Assembly (NCBI GenBank): GCA_003151875.1
Contig: PLYW01000302.1
Location: 1 to 36,318, forward strand
DNA length: 36,318 nt
Source of the DNA: Acidobacteriaceae bacterium
GTDB lineage: Bacteria > Acidobacteriota > Terriglobia > Terriglobales > Acidobacteriaceae
Reading direction: 5' to 3'
In this document: one piece after another, positions 1-7,979 of the stretch
How the letters are laid out: each line of letters begins with the position of its first letter
How positions within the stretch are numbered: position 1 is the stretch's first letter
Notes under the pieces: generated by a model
What the model was told of the DNA's origin: nothing
What the model saw: the letters and a program-made list of their open reading frames with translations, nothing else
Database searches by the model: none
Program-made: the position numbers and the translations under genes

Positions 1-995
1 CCAGCGATCTGGCGATCGACCTGGGAACGGCGAACACGCTGGTGTACGCGCGCGGCAAGGGCATCGTCGTAAACGAGCCCTCCATCGTCGCCATCAACAA
101 AAACACCGGTGAAGTAGAAGCGGTGGGCAAAGAGGCCAAGGAAATGCTTGGCCGCACCCCCGGCAATATCGTCGCCATCAAGCCGATGAAAGACGGGGTC
201 ATCGCCGACTTCAAAGTCACCGAGAAAATGCTCAACTACTTCATTCAGAAGGCCCACAATCGCAAGATGTTGGTGCATCCGCGCATCGTCATCGGCGTGC
301 CTTCGGAGATCACGCAGGTGGAGAAGCGCGCGGTCATGGACTCGGCCTATCGCGCCAAGGCCAGCGAAGTTCATCTGGTGGAACAGGCCATGGTGGCCGC
401 CATCGGCGCGGGCCTGCCTATCACCGAGCCCAGCGGCAACATGGTGGTTGATATCGGCGGCGGCACGACTGATATTGCGGTGATTTCCCTCAGCGGGATC
501 GTGTATTCGCGTTCGGTTCGTATGGCGGGCAATCAGATGGACGAGTCCATCATGAATTACCTGAAGCGCAAGTACAATCTGCTGATCGGCGAACGCACTG
601 CCGAGCAGATCAAGATTGAGATCGGCTCCGCTTATCCGCTGGACAAGCCGCTGACCATGGAAATCAAGGGCCGCAACCTGATCGAGGGCGTGCCCAAGAC
701 AATTACCATTGACGACAGCGAAATTCGCGAGTCGCTCAGCGAGTGCGTTTCGACCATCATGAATGCGATTCGGGTCGCGCTGGAGCGCACGCCTCCGGAG
801 TTGTCGGCCGACATCAGCGACCGCGGTATCGTGCTGACCGGCGGTGGCGCCCTGGTAAAGAACCTCGACAAACGCATCCGCGAAGAAACCGGGCTGCCGG
901 TCTCGATTGCCGACGACCCGTTGTGCAGCGTGGTCCTGGGCACGGGCAAAATGCTGAGCGACTTTAAGCTGCTGCGGAAAATATCGATTGACTAG
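1..995 (+). CDS. mreB: Rod shape-determining protein MreB (actin-like ATPase), 5' end outside the window
   Basis: The frame is open from position 3 ([27 protein letters not shown]...), so the true start lies upstream and the ORF-track start at 42 is internal. Actin-fold motifs [17 protein letters not shown] and VLTGGGA are present. mreC and mreD follow directly. Confidence 0.95.
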   Translation, partial: SDLAIDLGTANTLVYARGKGIVVNEPSIVAINKNTGEVEAVGKEAKEMLGRTPGNIVAIKPMKDGVIADFKVTEKMLNYFIQKAHNRKMLVHPRIVIGVPSEITQVEKRAVMDSAYRAKASEVHLVEQAMVAAIGAGLPITEPSGNMVVDIGGGTTDIAVISLSGIVYSRSVRMAGNQMDESIMNYLKRKYNLLIGERTAEQIKIEIGSAYPLDKPLTMEIKGRNLIEGVPKTITIDDSEIRESLSECVSTIMNAIRVALERTPPELSADISDRGIVLTGGGALVKNLDKRIREETGLPVSIADDPLCSVVLGTGKMLSDFKLLRKISID

Positions 996-1031
996 GCATC
1001 GGGTTGATCTCTCGGCGGCACCGGCCCATTT

Positions 1032-1117
1032 GACTTGTCATCACGAGCGCAGCGAGGGATCTGCTGTTCTCGATAATCGCAAAAGCAGATGCCTCGCTGC
1101 GCTCGTCTTGACAAGTC
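1032..1117. repeat. Palindromic pair of short interspersed repeat units (TTGTCATCACGAGCG...GAGGGATCTGCTGTT family) forming a ~37-bp-arm hairpin
   Basis: The left arm is gacttgtcatcacgagcgcagcgagggatctgctgtt. The reverse complement of the right arm is gacttgtcaagacgagcgcagcgaggcatctgctttt. It lies in the mreB-mreC spacer. Related units occur at 3164-3206 and 29946-29997. Confidence 0.6.
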
Positions 1118-1149
1118 TAGTGCTTGCGTTTCCCGAAGCAGCGTAGTGT

Positions 1150-2550
1150 ATGGACACATTCCTCGGCCGCTATAAGAACCTGATTGTGCTGGCCGCCATT
1201 CTGTTCGCCCAGATTATTGCTCTGGCCGTGCAGGTGCACCGCCCGGCCCAAGGCGGCGACACCCGCCTCCTCCGCCTGTGGGCGATTTCCGCGGTCACTC
1301 CTGTCGAAACCGCGGTGGTGCACACCCAGAAATGGGTGGACGACATCTGGAAAAACTACGCTTATCTTCGTGGTGTTCGCAGGGAAAATCGCGAGCTGCG
1401 CGCCGAGATCGACCGCATGAAAGTTGAAGACGCCCGCTATGCCGAGGATGCGCGCATGGCGCGCCGCGTCCAGGCCCTGCTCGCATTCAAGGAGCAGTAC
1501 GTCGATACCACGGTCGCGGCCCAGGTCATCGGCACCAGTGGCAGCGAGCAATCGCGCATTCTGTACTTGGATAAAGGATTGAACGATGGCATTAAGCAGG
1601 ACATGGCCGTCATCACGCCGGCAGGTATCGTGGGCAAGATCGTGCAAGTCTTTCCCGACTCTTCGCAGGTATTGCCGATCAACGATCAATTTAGCGGCGT
1701 GGGCGCTGCGCTGAAATCCTCCCGCCTGCAGGGCATCTTGAGAGGATCGTCGAATGGTGTGACTACCCTGCAATACGTCATGAGCGACGAGAAGGTGGAA
1801 CCCGGCGAAGAAGTGATCACCAGCGGGGGAGATCGAATCTTTCCCAAAGGCCTGCCGGTCGGCAAAGTCGTCTCGGTTGAGCCCGGCAAAGACCTGTTCC
1901 TGAACATTCGCGTCGTTCCGTCGGCCCGGCTCGATCAGGTCGAGGAAGTGTTGGTCGTCACGAAAATCACAGAGAAGATGCCGGACAGCAAGGATTTGGG
2001 GCCGCTCCGTGCATCAGATATTTTGGCCGAACGCCTGCCGACCATTCCCGCGAAGCCGGAAGTTGACGCCGCTGGAAAGCCGAAACCTGGCGCTGCGAGT
2101 GGGACTGCATCTGGGACAACTCCGGCAACGGGGACAGGAACGGCCGGTCGTTCTGGTGCGGTGGCAACTTCAGCCGCGAACAAGCCTGCGACTGGCAGCT
2201 CGACCGCGGCTGCTCCCAAGTCCAACGGAGCGGCCACCGCTACGCATGGCACTCCGATAAGTACGACGGCAGGAAGTGCGGGAACGCAGAAAGCGCCGAA
2301 ACCTGCGGCGGCCGATGGGACGCGTCCCGCTGGAACAGTTGCGAAACCACTCAACGGCGCTGGAACGGCAACTGCGCCCCATGCGAGCACCACCATGCCC
2401 GCGCCTGGTCCATCGCCGGCGAACCGCCCGGCGATTGGAAACGAGACGACGCCTCCGTCGAAGCGATCCAAGCCGGGTCCGGAGCAGACGCCAAATCCGA
2501 ATCCACAGCAGCCTTCGCCGCCGCCTAATGGAGAGCAGCCACCGCAGTGA
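1150..2550 (+). CDS. mreC: Rod shape-determining protein MreC with a long Pro/Ala/Thr/Gly-rich C-terminal tail
   Basis: It sits between mreB and mreD. It has an N-terminal TM segment (LIVLAAILFAQIIALAV), a coiled-coil (RENRELRAEIDRMKVE) and MreC beta-barrel motifs (GIVGKIVQV, SGGDRIFPKGLPVGKV). The last ~180 aa are low complexity. Confidence 0.9.
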   Translation: MDTFLGRYKNLIVLAAILFAQIIALAVQVHRPAQGGDTRLLRLWAISAVTPVETAVVHTQKWVDDIWKNYAYLRGVRRENRELRAEIDRMKVEDARYAEDARMARRVQALLAFKEQYVDTTVAAQVIGTSGSEQSRILYLDKGLNDGIKQDMAVITPAGIVGKIVQVFPDSSQVLPINDQFSGVGAALKSSRLQGILRGSSNGVTTLQYVMSDEKVEPGEEVITSGGDRIFPKGLPVGKVVSVEPGKDLFLNIRVVPSARLDQVEEVLVVTKITEKMPDSKDLGPLRASDILAERLPTIPAKPEVDAAGKPKPGAASGTASGTTPATGTGTAGRSGAVATSAANKPATGSSTAAAPKSNGAATATHGTPISTTAGSAGTQKAPKPAAADGTRPAGTVAKPLNGAGTATAPHASTTMPAPGPSPANRPAIGNETTPPSKRSKPGPEQTPNPNPQQPSPPPNGEQPPQ

Positions 2551-3089
2551 CCAGCCGAGTCATGCCATTCCGGGGAAGCCTCACCTCACGCGATCAGGTC
2601 GCCGTGTACGAGTTCGGTTGGCCCGCGATCATCTTCATCCCACTGGTTGCGGTACTGATCCAGATCTTCATTCTGGGGAAGATTCCATTCTTGGCGGCGG
2701 TCAATTTGCCCTTCATGGTCACCATCTTCTTCGCGGTGGCCCGGCGCAATCCGATCAGCGGATGCCTCACCGGCTGCGCGATCGGCCTGATGCAAGACCT
2801 CTTCGCCGGCCCCAGCCATCCGTTGGGCATGTACGGCATCGCCTTGACGATCATCGGGTACTCGGCGTCGTCGCTGGGCCTGAAAATAGACGTGGAGAAT
2901 CCCGGCTCACGCTTCATCATTACCTACATCTTTTTCGTGGCCCACCAGGGGATTTATTACGGCGTGGCGCACGGCCTACTTGGCCAGGTGCAGCAGTGGA
3001 GTTGGAGCCACGTGGCCGTTTCCGCGCTGGCCAACGCCGTGATCGGCATATTTGTGTTCAAGTTTCTAGACAGGTTCAAGCAGCGGTAG
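2547..3089 (+). CDS. mreD: Rod shape-determining protein MreD (polytopic membrane protein)
   Basis: The GTG start overlaps the mreC stop (GTGA); an alternative ATG lies at 2562. The ~175-aa protein has several hydrophobic segments and occupies the conserved position after mreC. Confidence 0.8.
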   Translation: MTSRVMPFRGSLTSRDQVAVYEFGWPAIIFIPLVAVLIQIFILGKIPFLAAVNLPFMVTIFFAVARRNPISGCLTGCAIGLMQDLFAGPSHPLGMYGIALTIIGYSASSLGLKIDVENPGSRFIITYIFFVAHQGIYYGVAHGLLGQVQQWSWSHVAVSALANAVIGIFVFKFLDRFKQR

Positions 3090-3128
3090 GCGTCGGCACA
3101 GTTCCTAAGCGGATATAGTTCGGGTAGT

Positions 3129-3146
3129 GCGGACCTTTAGGTCCGC
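3129..3146 (+). terminator. Stem-loop downstream of mreD (gcggacc-ttta-ggtccgc), possible terminator without a U-tract
   Basis: A perfect 7-bp GC-rich stem with a TTTA loop lies 40 nt after the mreD stop. A similar gcgtcc-tttg-ggacgc hairpin follows rodA at 7595-7610. No adjacent T-run is present. Confidence 0.3.
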
Positions 3147-3163
3147 GTCCACGCTGTCCATTT

Positions 3164-3206
3164 TGTCATCACGAGCGGGCTTCAGCCCGCGAGGGATCTG
3201 CTGTTC
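3164..3206 (+). repeat. Single unit of the TTGTCATC...GAGGGATCTGCTGTT interspersed repeat
   Basis: The sequence is tgtcatcacgagcgggcttcagcccgcgagggatctgctgttcc. It shares both termini with the unit at 1035-1068 and has an internal gcgggc-ttca-gcccgc hairpin. Confidence 0.55.
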
Positions 3207-3237
3207 CGACCATTCACCGGCTGATGAAACTTCACGT

Positions 3238-3639
3238 TTAGAAGAACACCGCAGGAGACACGCCAAATCTGGCGCTTAACCGCTTGATGTGTTCTTTAGT
3301 GAGTTCTCGTTTGCCATGCAAGACTTCCGACGCGATGCTCTCTGTACCGAAGATGGTCACCAGGTCCTTCTGCCGCAATCCGTGGGCCTCCATCAGATGT
3401 CGAACGATCGCTCTGGGCGTCGCCTCGGGGACAGGAAAGAGTTTTGCCTCAAAGTCTTCGATCAATACTGCGAGGAGCTCGATGAGCTTCTCCTCCGCCA
3501 GCGTAGCTGATTTCTTGCTCGTCAGCTTTTCGAGTAGGCGAATGTACGCCTGGTTCTGCTTCTTATCACGGATGACCTCAGGCCTCGTCTCGGAAAGCAA
3601 AGCGGCATAATTGGCGGCCAGTGCGTTCATGTCTTCCAC
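3238..3639 (-). CDS. higA: Type II antitoxin HigA (XRE-type HTH, COG5499-like)
   Basis: The 133-aa protein has a C-terminal HTH (LRQKDLVTIFGTESIASEVLHGKRELTKEHIKRLSARFGV). It lies downstream of higB and overlaps it by 13 nt, giving the toxin-first order typical of HigBA. Confidence 0.85.
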   Translation of the reverse strand: MEDMNALAANYAALLSETRPEVIRDKKQNQAYIRLLEKLTSKKSATLAEEKLIELLAVLIEDFEAKLFPVPEATPRAIVRHLMEAHGLRQKDLVTIFGTESIASEVLHGKRELTKEHIKRLSARFGVSPAVFF

Positions 3640-3914
3640 TTACCCCGGTTGTATTCACTATGCGTCAGAAGCTCTTTGACGAAAATAATCTGCCATCGGT
3701 ATTCAATTTTGACGATCAGCCGATAGCTGTTGCCTTTGATGTTGAAGACTGTGTACGGATTTACGAAATCGGCATGAGGGTATACCCTCCGCACATCCGC
3801 AAGACTTCGCCAACTCGCATGTTTAGCAACCTTGTGCCAGTCTGATACTGGTCCCTCAACTGACGGGTCAATGGCAATAACATCGCGCCAAGCACTCTTG
3901 CTGATGACTCGCAT
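3627..3914 (-). CDS. higB: Type II toxin HigB (mRNA interferase, PF09907-like)
   Basis: The 95-aa protein has the E. coli HigB-like pattern ...VYPHADFVNPYTVFNIKGNSYRLIVKIEYRWQIIFVKELLTHSEYNRGKWK. It is paired with the HTH antitoxin. Confidence 0.85.
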   Translation of the reverse strand: MRVISKSAWRDVIAIDPSVEGPVSDWHKVAKHASWRSLADVRRVYPHADFVNPYTVFNIKGNSYRLIVKIEYRWQIIFVKELLTHSEYNRGKWKT

Positions 3915-3947
3915 CTATGGGTGACGCTCCGTCAAGTTGCTCTCTCA

Positions 3948-3976
3948 ATTGTACTTCGCAAATTGCGAAGAAACAA
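3948..3976 (-). promoter_or_regulatory. Putative higBA promoter with an operator palindrome filling the spacer
   Basis: The minus strand reads TTGTTT-cttcgcaatttgcgaag-TACAAT. The 17-nt spacer is a perfect 8+1+8 inverted repeat (3954-3970). The -10-like hexamer lies ~34 nt upstream of the higB ATG. Confidence 0.5.
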
Positions 3977-4295
3977 CCGGCCGCGTGTCAGCCGACTTTC
4001 GCTACGCAGACAACGCAGATCCTCGAGGCTCTGAAGGGAAAAGCAAAGAAGGAATCGAGACTCGGGGACGGCATAGGTCCCCAGCGCTTGCCGCCGGACC
4101 TCAACGAGTCGCGCCTTTTTCCCCTGCGCTCACACCCCGATTCGGACTACAATAGTTCAGAGTTTCCGATCTGTCATTCGCCACTAAATCGAGTGCAGTC
4201 CTGCGATGCGCAGCTTCGCGCGGCGGAGTTGGCGCCAGTTGGGAACACCCTGTCAGTTTCAAAACTTTGCAACTGTAATACCCGGAAAGATGTAG

Positions 4296-6482
4296 TTGAT
4301 GTTCGGTCGCGACGAAAAAGTCTCCCAGCTCCGGCTTACCGCAGTGCAATACGTCTTGCTGGGAATCTTCCTGGTTCTCGCCTTCGGGCTTTGGCGCTTG
4401 CAGGTGGCGCGCAGCGGTTATTACAGCACGCTGGCTGAACAGAACCGCATCAAGCAGGTCCCCATCCTGGCTCCGCGCGGCAAGATTCTTGACCGCGAAG
4501 GCCGCATCATCGTTGACAACTATCCTTCGTTCTCTGTGCTGCTGCTGCGCGATCAGAACCGCGATCTGCAGGCCGACGCCGACAAGATCGCGACTGGGCT
4601 GCACATCCCGCCCGACGAGCTGCGCGCCCGCCTGAAGCGCATGGCCGCGGTGCCGGGATATCAGCCGCTGTTCCTCAAGGACGACATTACTCCCGACGAA
4701 CTGGCGTTCATCGAATCGCACAAAGAGGAATTGCCCGAGCTCGACACCATTACCGTTCACCGGCGCCTCTATCCCCGCAACGGATTCATGGCGCACATCA
4801 TCGGCTACGTTGGCCAGGTGAGCGAAGACATGCTGACCCAGCCGCAGTGGGAGCTGTACAACCCCGGCGACATCGTTGGTATGTCGGGGGTCGAGCAGTA
4901 CTACAACGATATTTTGATGGGCAAGAACGGCTCGCGCCAGGTACTGGTCAACAGTCGCGGCAAGGAAGTGGGTACCCTCAGCGACGTGGCGGCGGTTCCC
5001 GGCAAGCAGCTCAAGCTCACCATCGATCTCGATCTACAGATAGCGGCCGAGGAGGCTCTGGAGGGCAGGCCGGGCGCCATCGTCGCCATGGATCCGCGCA
5101 ATGGTGAGATTCTGGCGATGGTCAGCCGTCCCGCCTTCGATCCCAACGAGTTCGCGGTGCGCATCACGCGTGATGAGTGGAACCAGTTGGTCACCGATCC
5201 CGGTAAGCCGCTCCTGAACAAAGCCATCCAGGCGCAGCTCGCTCCGGGTTCAGTGTTCAAGGTCATCATGGCCACCGCCGGACTGCAGGAAGGTATCGCG
5301 CAGAATCTTGTCATTACTTGCGGAGGTGGCAAAACCTTTTACGGCCGCTTCTTCAAATGCTGGATCGCCGGACACGGCAGTCACGGGACCGTGGGCATCA
5401 GCAAAGCGATTTACCAGTCCTGCGATTCCTACTTCTACACGCTGGCTGAGAAGCTGGGTATCAGCCGCATCGCGAAGTACGCCACCATGCTCGGACTCGG
5501 ACAAAAGACGGGGATCGATCTGCCACAGGAAGTCTCTGGGGTCATGCCTTCCGAAGAGTGGAAGATCAAGAACTTCAAGCAGAAGTGGTATGCCGGCGAA
5601 ACCATCTCCGTCGGAATTGGGCAAGGGGCGGTGGCGACTACGCCGATTCAACTGGCGCGGGCAGTCGGCGCGGTGACCAGCGATGGCGTCTTGGTCCGTC
5701 CGCATGTGGCCTTTCCGGACCAGTTTCCGCCGGGGTTTAAGCAGGTGGCGAACTACACCGACAAAACGAACATTGGCCTCGACCAGGAGAACTGGATGAC
5801 CATCACCGACGCACTGGCGGCGGTGGTGTCGCCCATTGGAACCGCGCCCAGCGCTCGCTTGCCGGGAATTGACTTCGCTGGAAAAACTGGCAGTGCGCAG
5901 ACCATCTCCAACCAGCTCAAGGCGAAGATGGGCAGCAGCGAAAAGAGTAAGTACAAGGACAACGGCTGGTTTGTTGGCGTCACGCCGCGCCGGAATCCCG
6001 AGATTGTCGTGGCGGTTTTGCTCGAGGAGGGCGAGCACGGATACTTTGCCGCTCGTGCCACTGCGCAGGTGATCAAGGCCTACGTTGAGAAACAGCGTAC
6101 TCGCCAGACGCAGGTGGCCAAGGCAGGCGGAGCGGCTGCTGGCTCGAAGCAGGCAGAAGTTGCCGCGGTGTGGCACGAGGGCGACGCCAAGACTCCCGAC
6201 AAGATGCAAGCCGGGCGTTTCACGGTATCAGCCGACGGCAAGACCAAGCCGGTAACTGCGGCGCCGGGAGTGGGAGGAACGGACAAGCCGACTTCTCCTG
6301 CTGATCTCGAAACCACCGAGTCCCATGTGGAGATGGCCCATCCCGAAACCGAACCTCCCGCCGAGAGTCGACCGACGCCCCCGGCGACAAGTCCTGAGCT
6401 GCAAGCTCCACCTGCAGCAAAGAAGCCTGGCAAGCCAACGATCACACCTGCGACGACAGTCGTTCCCGGGAGGCAGCCATGA
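4296..6482 (+). CDS. mrdA: Penicillin-binding protein 2 (elongasome transpeptidase) with a ~130-aa low-complexity C-terminal tail
   Basis: It has an N-terminal TM segment, SxxK (GSVFK), SxD (SCD) and KTG (KTGSA) motifs, and PBP dimerisation-domain sequence. The start is TTG at 4296 or ATG at 4299. The stop overlaps the rodA start (ATGA). Confidence 0.93.
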   Translation: MMFGRDEKVSQLRLTAVQYVLLGIFLVLAFGLWRLQVARSGYYSTLAEQNRIKQVPILAPRGKILDREGRIIVDNYPSFSVLLLRDQNRDLQADADKIATGLHIPPDELRARLKRMAAVPGYQPLFLKDDITPDELAFIESHKEELPELDTITVHRRLYPRNGFMAHIIGYVGQVSEDMLTQPQWELYNPGDIVGMSGVEQYYNDILMGKNGSRQVLVNSRGKEVGTLSDVAAVPGKQLKLTIDLDLQIAAEEALEGRPGAIVAMDPRNGEILAMVSRPAFDPNEFAVRITRDEWNQLVTDPGKPLLNKAIQAQLAPGSVFKVIMATAGLQEGIAQNLVITCGGGKTFYGRFFKCWIAGHGSHGTVGISKAIYQSCDSYFYTLAEKLGISRIAKYATMLGLGQKTGIDLPQEVSGVMPSEEWKIKNFKQKWYAGETISVGIGQGAVATTPIQLARAVGAVTSDGVLVRPHVAFPDQFPPGFKQVANYTDKTNIGLDQENWMTITDALAAVVSPIGTAPSARLPGIDFAGKTGSAQTISNQLKAKMGSSEKSKYKDNGWFVGVTPRRNPEIVVAVLLEEGEHGYFAARATAQVIKAYVEKQRTRQTQVAKAGGAAAGSKQAEVAAVWHEGDAKTPDKMQAGRFTVSADGKTKPVTAAPGVGGTDKPTSPADLETTESHVEMAHPETEPPAESRPTPPATSPELQAPPAAKKPGKPTITPATTVVPGRQP

Positions 6483-7564
6483 GCCGCTACATCTCCTTCC
6501 GCGATTTCGACTGGGTCCTGCTGGTGCTGGTGCTGCTAATTTGCTCTCTGGGCGTGCTCGAGATCTATAGCGCAACCCTCAGCACCAAATTTATGGGTGT
6601 ACATCTCAAGCAGGTGTATTGGATCCTGGGCGGCGTAGGCCTGATGTTCGTGGTCAGCTTCTTCAATTACCAGGCCTTGTTGGAACGGGTACCGCTGCTG
6701 TACTTGATTTCCATCGCATCGTTGGTTGCGGTGGAAGTGTTCGGCAAGAAGTATCTGGGTGCCCGCCGCTGGGTGCAGCTGGGCTCGTTTCACTTCCAGC
6801 CTTCGGAGTGGGTGAAGCTGGTGCTCATTCTTGCCATGGCCAAGTATTTTGCCGAGACAAAGTCCGAATGTACGGCCCAAGACATCGTTAAAGCCGGGGC
6901 GCTGGTCGGCGTTCCCATGCTGATGGTGCTCGTGCAGCCCGACCTGGGAACGGCGCTCACCTACATCCCGATCGCGGTGATGGGCTTGTTCCTGGGTGGA
7001 ATGAAGGCCCGCCATGCCTTGGTCATCCTGGTATTGGGGGCATTGCTGGCCCCGGTGGGTTGGCATGTCCTCAAGCCTTACCAACGAGACCGCCTGACCA
7101 GCTTCATGGAGCCGGAGGCTGACCCCCAACGCCATGGATATCAGGTGATTCAGTCGCAGGTAGCCGTGGGCTCAGGGGGCATTTTTGGCAAAGGGACGGC
7201 ACATGGGAGCCAGACCCAGGGCCAATTTCTACCCGTGCCGCATACCGACTTCATCTTTGCCGCCTTTGCCGAAGAACACGGATTTCTAGGCGCTATGGGC
7301 TTGCTGCTGCTATACTTTATCGTGCTGATGCGTCTGGTGCAGAACGCTCAGACGGCCCCGGATCGAGCTGGTGCCTTTGTGGTCATGGGTGTGGTTGCGG
7401 TACTCGCGTTCCACGTCCTGGTTAACGTAGGCATGGTGGTAGGGTTCATGCCGGTCACGGGCATCCCCTTGCCGTTAATGAGTTACGGGGGATCCTCAGT
7501 ACTGTTCATGTTCCTGGCGCTGGGAATCGTGATGAACATTCGTATGCGCCGGTTTGTGAACTGA
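6479..7564 (+). CDS. rodA: SEDS-family peptidoglycan glycosyltransferase RodA
   Basis: The 361-aa polytopic protein carries SEDS motifs (QPSEWVKL, PDLGTAL, HTDFIFA, GIPLPLMSYGGSS). It is translationally coupled to mrdA. Confidence 0.93.
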   Translation: MSRYISFRDFDWVLLVLVLLICSLGVLEIYSATLSTKFMGVHLKQVYWILGGVGLMFVVSFFNYQALLERVPLLYLISIASLVAVEVFGKKYLGARRWVQLGSFHFQPSEWVKLVLILAMAKYFAETKSECTAQDIVKAGALVGVPMLMVLVQPDLGTALTYIPIAVMGLFLGGMKARHALVILVLGALLAPVGWHVLKPYQRDRLTSFMEPEADPQRHGYQVIQSQVAVGSGGIFGKGTAHGSQTQGQFLPVPHTDFIFAAFAEEHGFLGAMGLLLLYFIVLMRLVQNAQTAPDRAGAFVVMGVVAVLAFHVLVNVGMVVGFMPVTGIPLPLMSYGGSSVLFMFLALGIVMNIRMRRFVN

Positions 7565-7979
7565 ATTGCAAACTGTTGGCATTGGACTTTCTTAGCGTCC
7601 TTTGGGACGCGCTTCAGAACTGCCGGTCTCCTTCGCCGGGGAAGCCATTACAGACTGGACGTCGGGCTTCCAAAGGATGACAACAAGATTACGACCGCCT
7701 TCACGTACGAGGGCATGCCGGCCGCCAGGAGAACAGGCCGGACAGGATTGCAAAGCACGTCTTTCGAAGCGGGAAACGGCCCCTTGGCTGATGCTGAGAG
7801 TGAGGCCACAACCTTCGGAACGCGTGCTCTATACGGTGCTAAAGATTCCACAAATTGTTGCTTCACGAATCAGGTCTGGTGCGCACCCCGGCGTAAGTCC
7901 CGGTGTGTCGTCAGCCTAATCACCTGTAGAGTTTTTCCTGTCCTTCCCATCGACCGCGCCGGCAAGACCGGAGCATTCC
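7565..7979 (+). promoter_or_regulatory. Long (415 nt) non-coding spacer, probable promoter plus 5' leader of the ribonuclease gene
   Basis: I could recognise no convincing ORF or family here. Hairpin gcgtcc-tttg-ggacgc lies at 7595-7610, just after rodA. A GGAG Shine-Dalgarno sits at ~7970. The leader role is inferred by analogy to the long rne 5' UTR of E. coli. Confidence 0.3.

Noticed and set aside
2276-3118. A 280-aa + strand ORF in an alternative frame over the mreC tail and mreD. Similar Arg-rich alternative-frame ORFs occur at 8323-8970, 14086-14859, 16583-17083 and 20874-21437.
   Set aside because: These are out-of-frame readings of GC-rich coding sequence. The products are extremely Arg/Pro-rich and overlap well-supported genes in full.
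3917-4438. A 173-aa + strand ORF spanning the higB-mrdA spacer and running into mrdA.
   Set aside because: It has no RBS or family resemblance and it overlaps the PBP2 start. The region is better explained as the higBA promoter plus the mrdA upstream region.
4101-4796. Long ORFs antisense to clear genes. Examples: 4101-4796(-), 5250-6209(-), 9015-9740(-), 9870-10685(-), 12549-13358(-), 16422-17504(-), 20056-21213(-), 21223-22257(-), 31424-32395(-), 14997-15695(-).
   Set aside because: These are shadow ORFs, as expected in high-GC DNA. Each lies opposite a gene with strong family motifs. The translations are Arg/Gly/Ala/His-rich with no recognisable domain, signal peptide or RBS.
7576-7596. 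Sigma-54-like TGGCAT-N5-TTTC just after rodA, and TGGCAC at ~34520 before the small membrane ORF.
   Set aside because: The -12 element (TTGC) is missing in both. They are single weak matches and are not reportable.
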